The position numbers and the translations under genes are program-made. The notes under the pieces were generated by a model. The model was given only the letters and a program-made list of their open reading frames with translations, ran no database searches and was not told the DNA's origin. Of a stretch of DNA of 64,000 nucleotides, positions 61,570 through 64,000 are shown piece after piece; position 1 is the stretch's first letter, and each line of letters starts with the position of its first letter. Source of the stretch: Nitrospirota bacterium (lineage in GTDB: Bacteria > Nitrospirota > UBA9217); contig CAVUCU010000001.1 of NCBI GenBank assembly GCA_963740085.1, forward strand, positions 736,001-800,000. Direction: 5' to 3'.

Positions 61570-61950
61570 TCACAAACCCTGCCTGCTCAGAACCGCGGCG
61601 ATTTCATCATAAGCATAAAATCCGACATGCCGGAAAAACTCCTTCCCGGTTTTATCCAGGAACACCTGCGTCGGGATCATATGAACTCCAAACTGACGGC
61701 CTGTTTTATGGTCCTCACGAACGTCTATAAAGAGGACCTCAAGCTTGCCTTTGTACGTATCGCGCAGTTTCTGCATCACCGGCTTCATCTGCTCACAGGG
61801 GATGCACCCTACTGACCCGAGTTCCAGCATGACGACCTTGTTGTCCGCTTTAGCCTGGGCAAGCACGCTGTCGACGTCACTCGCCTGGCTTATGCCCGAC
61901 AGGAACAGGCTGCCGGCCAGCATAATCAAAGATATTATCCTTAATTTCAT
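61570..61950 (-). CDS. exported thioredoxin-family protein
   Basis: Signal peptide, CIPC and IPTQVFLDK.GKE. Confidence 0.88.
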   Translation of the reverse strand: MKLRIISLIMLAGSLFLSGISQASDVDSVLAQAKADNKVVMLELGSVGCIPCEQMKPVMQKLRDTYKGKLEVLFIDVREDHKTGRQFGVHMIPTQVFLDKTGKEFFRHVGFYAYDEIAAVLSRQGL

Positions 61951-61978
61951 TGCTGTTTCTCCTTTCTATTCGTCATAA

Positions 61979-63052
61979 TTACTCCAACCCCTTTACTCTG
62001 CAATATTCAACGGAAAAGTATTTTTTCTGGAAATACAGCGCTACATTCACCAGTCCGATCAGGACGGGCACTTCGACAAGAGGACCTATGACCGCCGCAA
62101 AGGCGACCCCTGAATTGATGCCGAACACGGCAATAGCGACCGCGATCGCAAGTTCAAAATTGTTGCTTGCCGCGGTGAAGGAAAGTGTCGCGGTCTTCGG
62201 ATAATCGGCCCCGATCTTTCTCCCGAGATAGAACGATACAAGGAACATGACCACAAAATAGATCAACAGCGGCACTGCAATGCGCAGCACATCGAGGGGA
62301 AGCTTGACAATGTAATTGCCCTTGAGCGAAAACATTACGATGATGGTGAATAACAGCGATATGAGGGTTATCGGGCTTATCCGGGGGATGAACACCGTCT
62401 CATACCAGTGGCGGTCCTTCAACTTGATGAGAGTGAAGCGGGTGATCATCCCGGCGATGAACGGGATGCCAAGATAGATGAATACGCTCTGCGCGATCTG
62501 CCCGATCGTCACCTTGACGACAACTCCTTTCAGTCCGAACCAGACCGGAAGCACGGTAATGAAGATATAGGCGTATACGGAAAAGAACAGGACCTGGAAG
62601 ATAGAGTTGAATGCTACAAGGCCGGCGGCATATTCCGGATCGCCGCAGGCAAGGTCGTTCCAGACGATCACCATGGCAATGCACCGGGCAAGGCCGATCA
62701 TGATGAGACCCACCATGTATTCCGGATAGGCCCGGAGAAAGATGATCGCAAGTGCGAACATGAGGATTGGCCCTATGACCCAGTTCTGAACGAGCGAGAG
62801 GCCAAGGACCTTCTTGTTCCTGAATACCTCGCCCAGCTCTTCATATTTGACCTTTGCAAGCGGCGGGTACATCATCAGGATAAGACCGATGGCGATGGGA
62901 ATGTTGGTAGTCCCGGCCTGAAAGCTGTTGATGAAGGCTTCAGTGCCCTGAATGAAATAGCCAAGACCCACCCCGAAGGCCATCGCAGCAAAGATCCAGA
63001 GCGTAAGGAAACGGTCGACAAATGATAGTTTTTTGACTGCCTTTTCCGCCAT
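61979..63052 (-). CDS. acr3: ACR3-family arsenite efflux transporter
   Basis: [36 protein letters not shown] and GPLVEVP. Confidence 0.95.
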   Translation of the reverse strand: MAEKAVKKLSFVDRFLTLWIFAAMAFGVGLGYFIQGTEAFINSFQAGTTNIPIAIGLILMMYPPLAKVKYEELGEVFRNKKVLGLSLVQNWVIGPILMFALAIIFLRAYPEYMVGLIMIGLARCIAMVIVWNDLACGDPEYAAGLVAFNSIFQVLFFSVYAYIFITVLPVWFGLKGVVVKVTIGQIAQSVFIYLGIPFIAGMITRFTLIKLKDRHWYETVFIPRISPITLISLLFTIIVMFSLKGNYIVKLPLDVLRIAVPLLIYFVVMFLVSFYLGRKIGADYPKTATLSFTAASNNFELAIAVAIAVFGINSGVAFAAVIGPLVEVPVLIGLVNVALYFQKKYFSVEYCRVKGLE

Positions 63053-63054
63053 GG

Positions 63055-63480
63055 TCAATTCCCCTTTGTCTTGACCTCGAATATGAACTGCTCAACTCTT
63101 GCCCTGATCTCGTCCCTCGCCCGCCGAAACTCCGTCATGATCTTCTTCTCACCGCCCCTAGTCCCGACCGGATCATTGATCGGCCAGTGGAGCCGCAGTA
63201 TATTCGGAGGCGTCCGGGGACAGGCTTCTTCGGCGTTGCCGCAGAGCGTGATGACGGCGTCCATGGTCATCAGGAGTTTCTCGTCGATCGTCTTGGACCT
63301 CTGTCCTGATATATCAATCCCGATCTCTTTCATCACGGCGATCGTGCGAGGGTGAACGCCTGCTGCAATGAGCCCCGCGCTGAATGGTTCAATGACGCCC
63401 TTGCCGAACTCCCGCGCAAATCCTTCAGCCATCTGGCTCCGGCATGCATTGCCGGTGCAAAGGAACATTACTTTCTTCAT
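63055..63480 (-). CDS. arsC: thioredoxin-dependent arsenate reductase (LMW-PTP fold)
   Basis: [24 protein letters not shown] and HWPINDP. Confidence 0.93.
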   Translation of the reverse strand: MKKVMFLCTGNACRSQMAEGFAREFGKGVIEPFSAGLIAAGVHPRTIAVMKEIGIDISGQRSKTIDEKLLMTMDAVITLCGNAEEACPRTPPNILRLHWPINDPVGTRGGEKKIMTEFRRARDEIRARVEQFIFEVKTKGN

Positions 63481-63483
63481 CGT

Positions 63484-63861
63484 TTATCCCCCGCAACAGT
63501 TCGGCTTGTCGCGCAAACCGGCGACCTTTGCCTTTGTGTCCTTGATCTTCAGAAACACGTCAAGCCGTTTCCTGTCTTTCTGTACAGCGTCCTGGGGCGC
63601 CTTCTCGATAACCGCGAGGACCAAAAATCGTTTGAACATATCCGACGTATCGAGACGATAGTGGATCCATCTGCCCTGTTTCCGGTCTCTGATGAGCCCC
63701 GCTTCTTTTAGCGCATTCAAGTGAAAAGAGACCTTTGGCTGGACCATATCGAGCGCCGCCGTAATGTCGCAAACACACAGTTCGCCCTGCTCGAGAAGTT
63801 TTATTATTCTAAGCCGGGTCTCGTCGGAAAGTGCCTTGAATATGTTTGTAAGTTCGTGCAT
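63484..63861 (-). CDS. arsR: ArsR arsenic-responsive repressor
   Basis: FKALSDETRLRI, ELCVCD, QPKVSFHL and a C-terminal CC. Start codon uncertain. Confidence 0.9.
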   Translation of the reverse strand: MHELTNIFKALSDETRLRIIKLLEQGELCVCDITAALDMVQPKVSFHLNALKEAGLIRDRKQGRWIHYRLDTSDMFKRFLVLAVIEKAPQDAVQKDRKRLDVFLKIKDTKAKVAGLRDKPNCCGG

Positions 63862-63904
63862 GTTTTTTTCGATACCGGGGTGACTCATTCTGGAGAGCAC
63901 TCAG

Positions 63905-64000
63905 CTATTGCCTGTCCACCGATTCACCCTTGATGAGTTCCTTCACTTTATCCAGACTCGGCAGCGGCTTGCCTGAGTGCTTGATCTTTCCATTCACGAT
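63905..64000 (-). CDS. 3' end of a small redox-active disulfide (thioredoxin-like) protein; partial at the window edge
   Basis: IVNGKIKHSGKPLPSLDKVKELIK*, resembling the C-terminus of ars-operon small thioredoxin-like proteins. Confidence 0.6.
   Translation of the reverse strand: MVNGKIKHSGKPLPSLDKVKELIKGESVDRQ

Overview
This is a GC-rich bacterial chromosome segment. Gene content suggests an anaerobic or microaerobic Nitrospirota- or Desulfobacterota-like organism (inference). In order, it carries: a beta-oxidation cluster (fadD convergent with fadN-fadA-fadE-fadF-etfB-etfA); an arsR-selD-tauE unit; aspS; crcB-DUF190-PAP2; ihfA-merR-tRNA-Pro followed by surE-pcm; an octaheme HAO-family cytochrome; a complete nuoA-N complex I operon with fused NuoCD; two diguanylate cyclases; GH57 and DUF4912 genes; a minimal SufC/SufB (SMS-type) Fe-S pair; and an extended ars operon. 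Three things the ORF track misses stand out. (1) There are four probable selenoproteins with in-frame UGA: SelD, a 55-aa dual-CxxC protein, an ExtKL-like pentaheme cytochrome, and a HesB-like protein. (2) A family of intergenic hairpin elements, built from ~9-nt CRCNRAK sub-repeats, occupies most cistron junctions of the fad and nuo operons. One copy holds a GxxExxY PD-(D/E)xK nuclease gene between its two arms, with start and stop codons inside the arms, which looks like an autonomous element plus empty derivatives. (3) An unassigned ~270-nt, highly structured ncRNA candidate lies at 51.2-51.4 kb. Several genes at 0-13.6 kb and 38.7-41.2 kb are broken by single-base frameshifts, most likely assembly errors.
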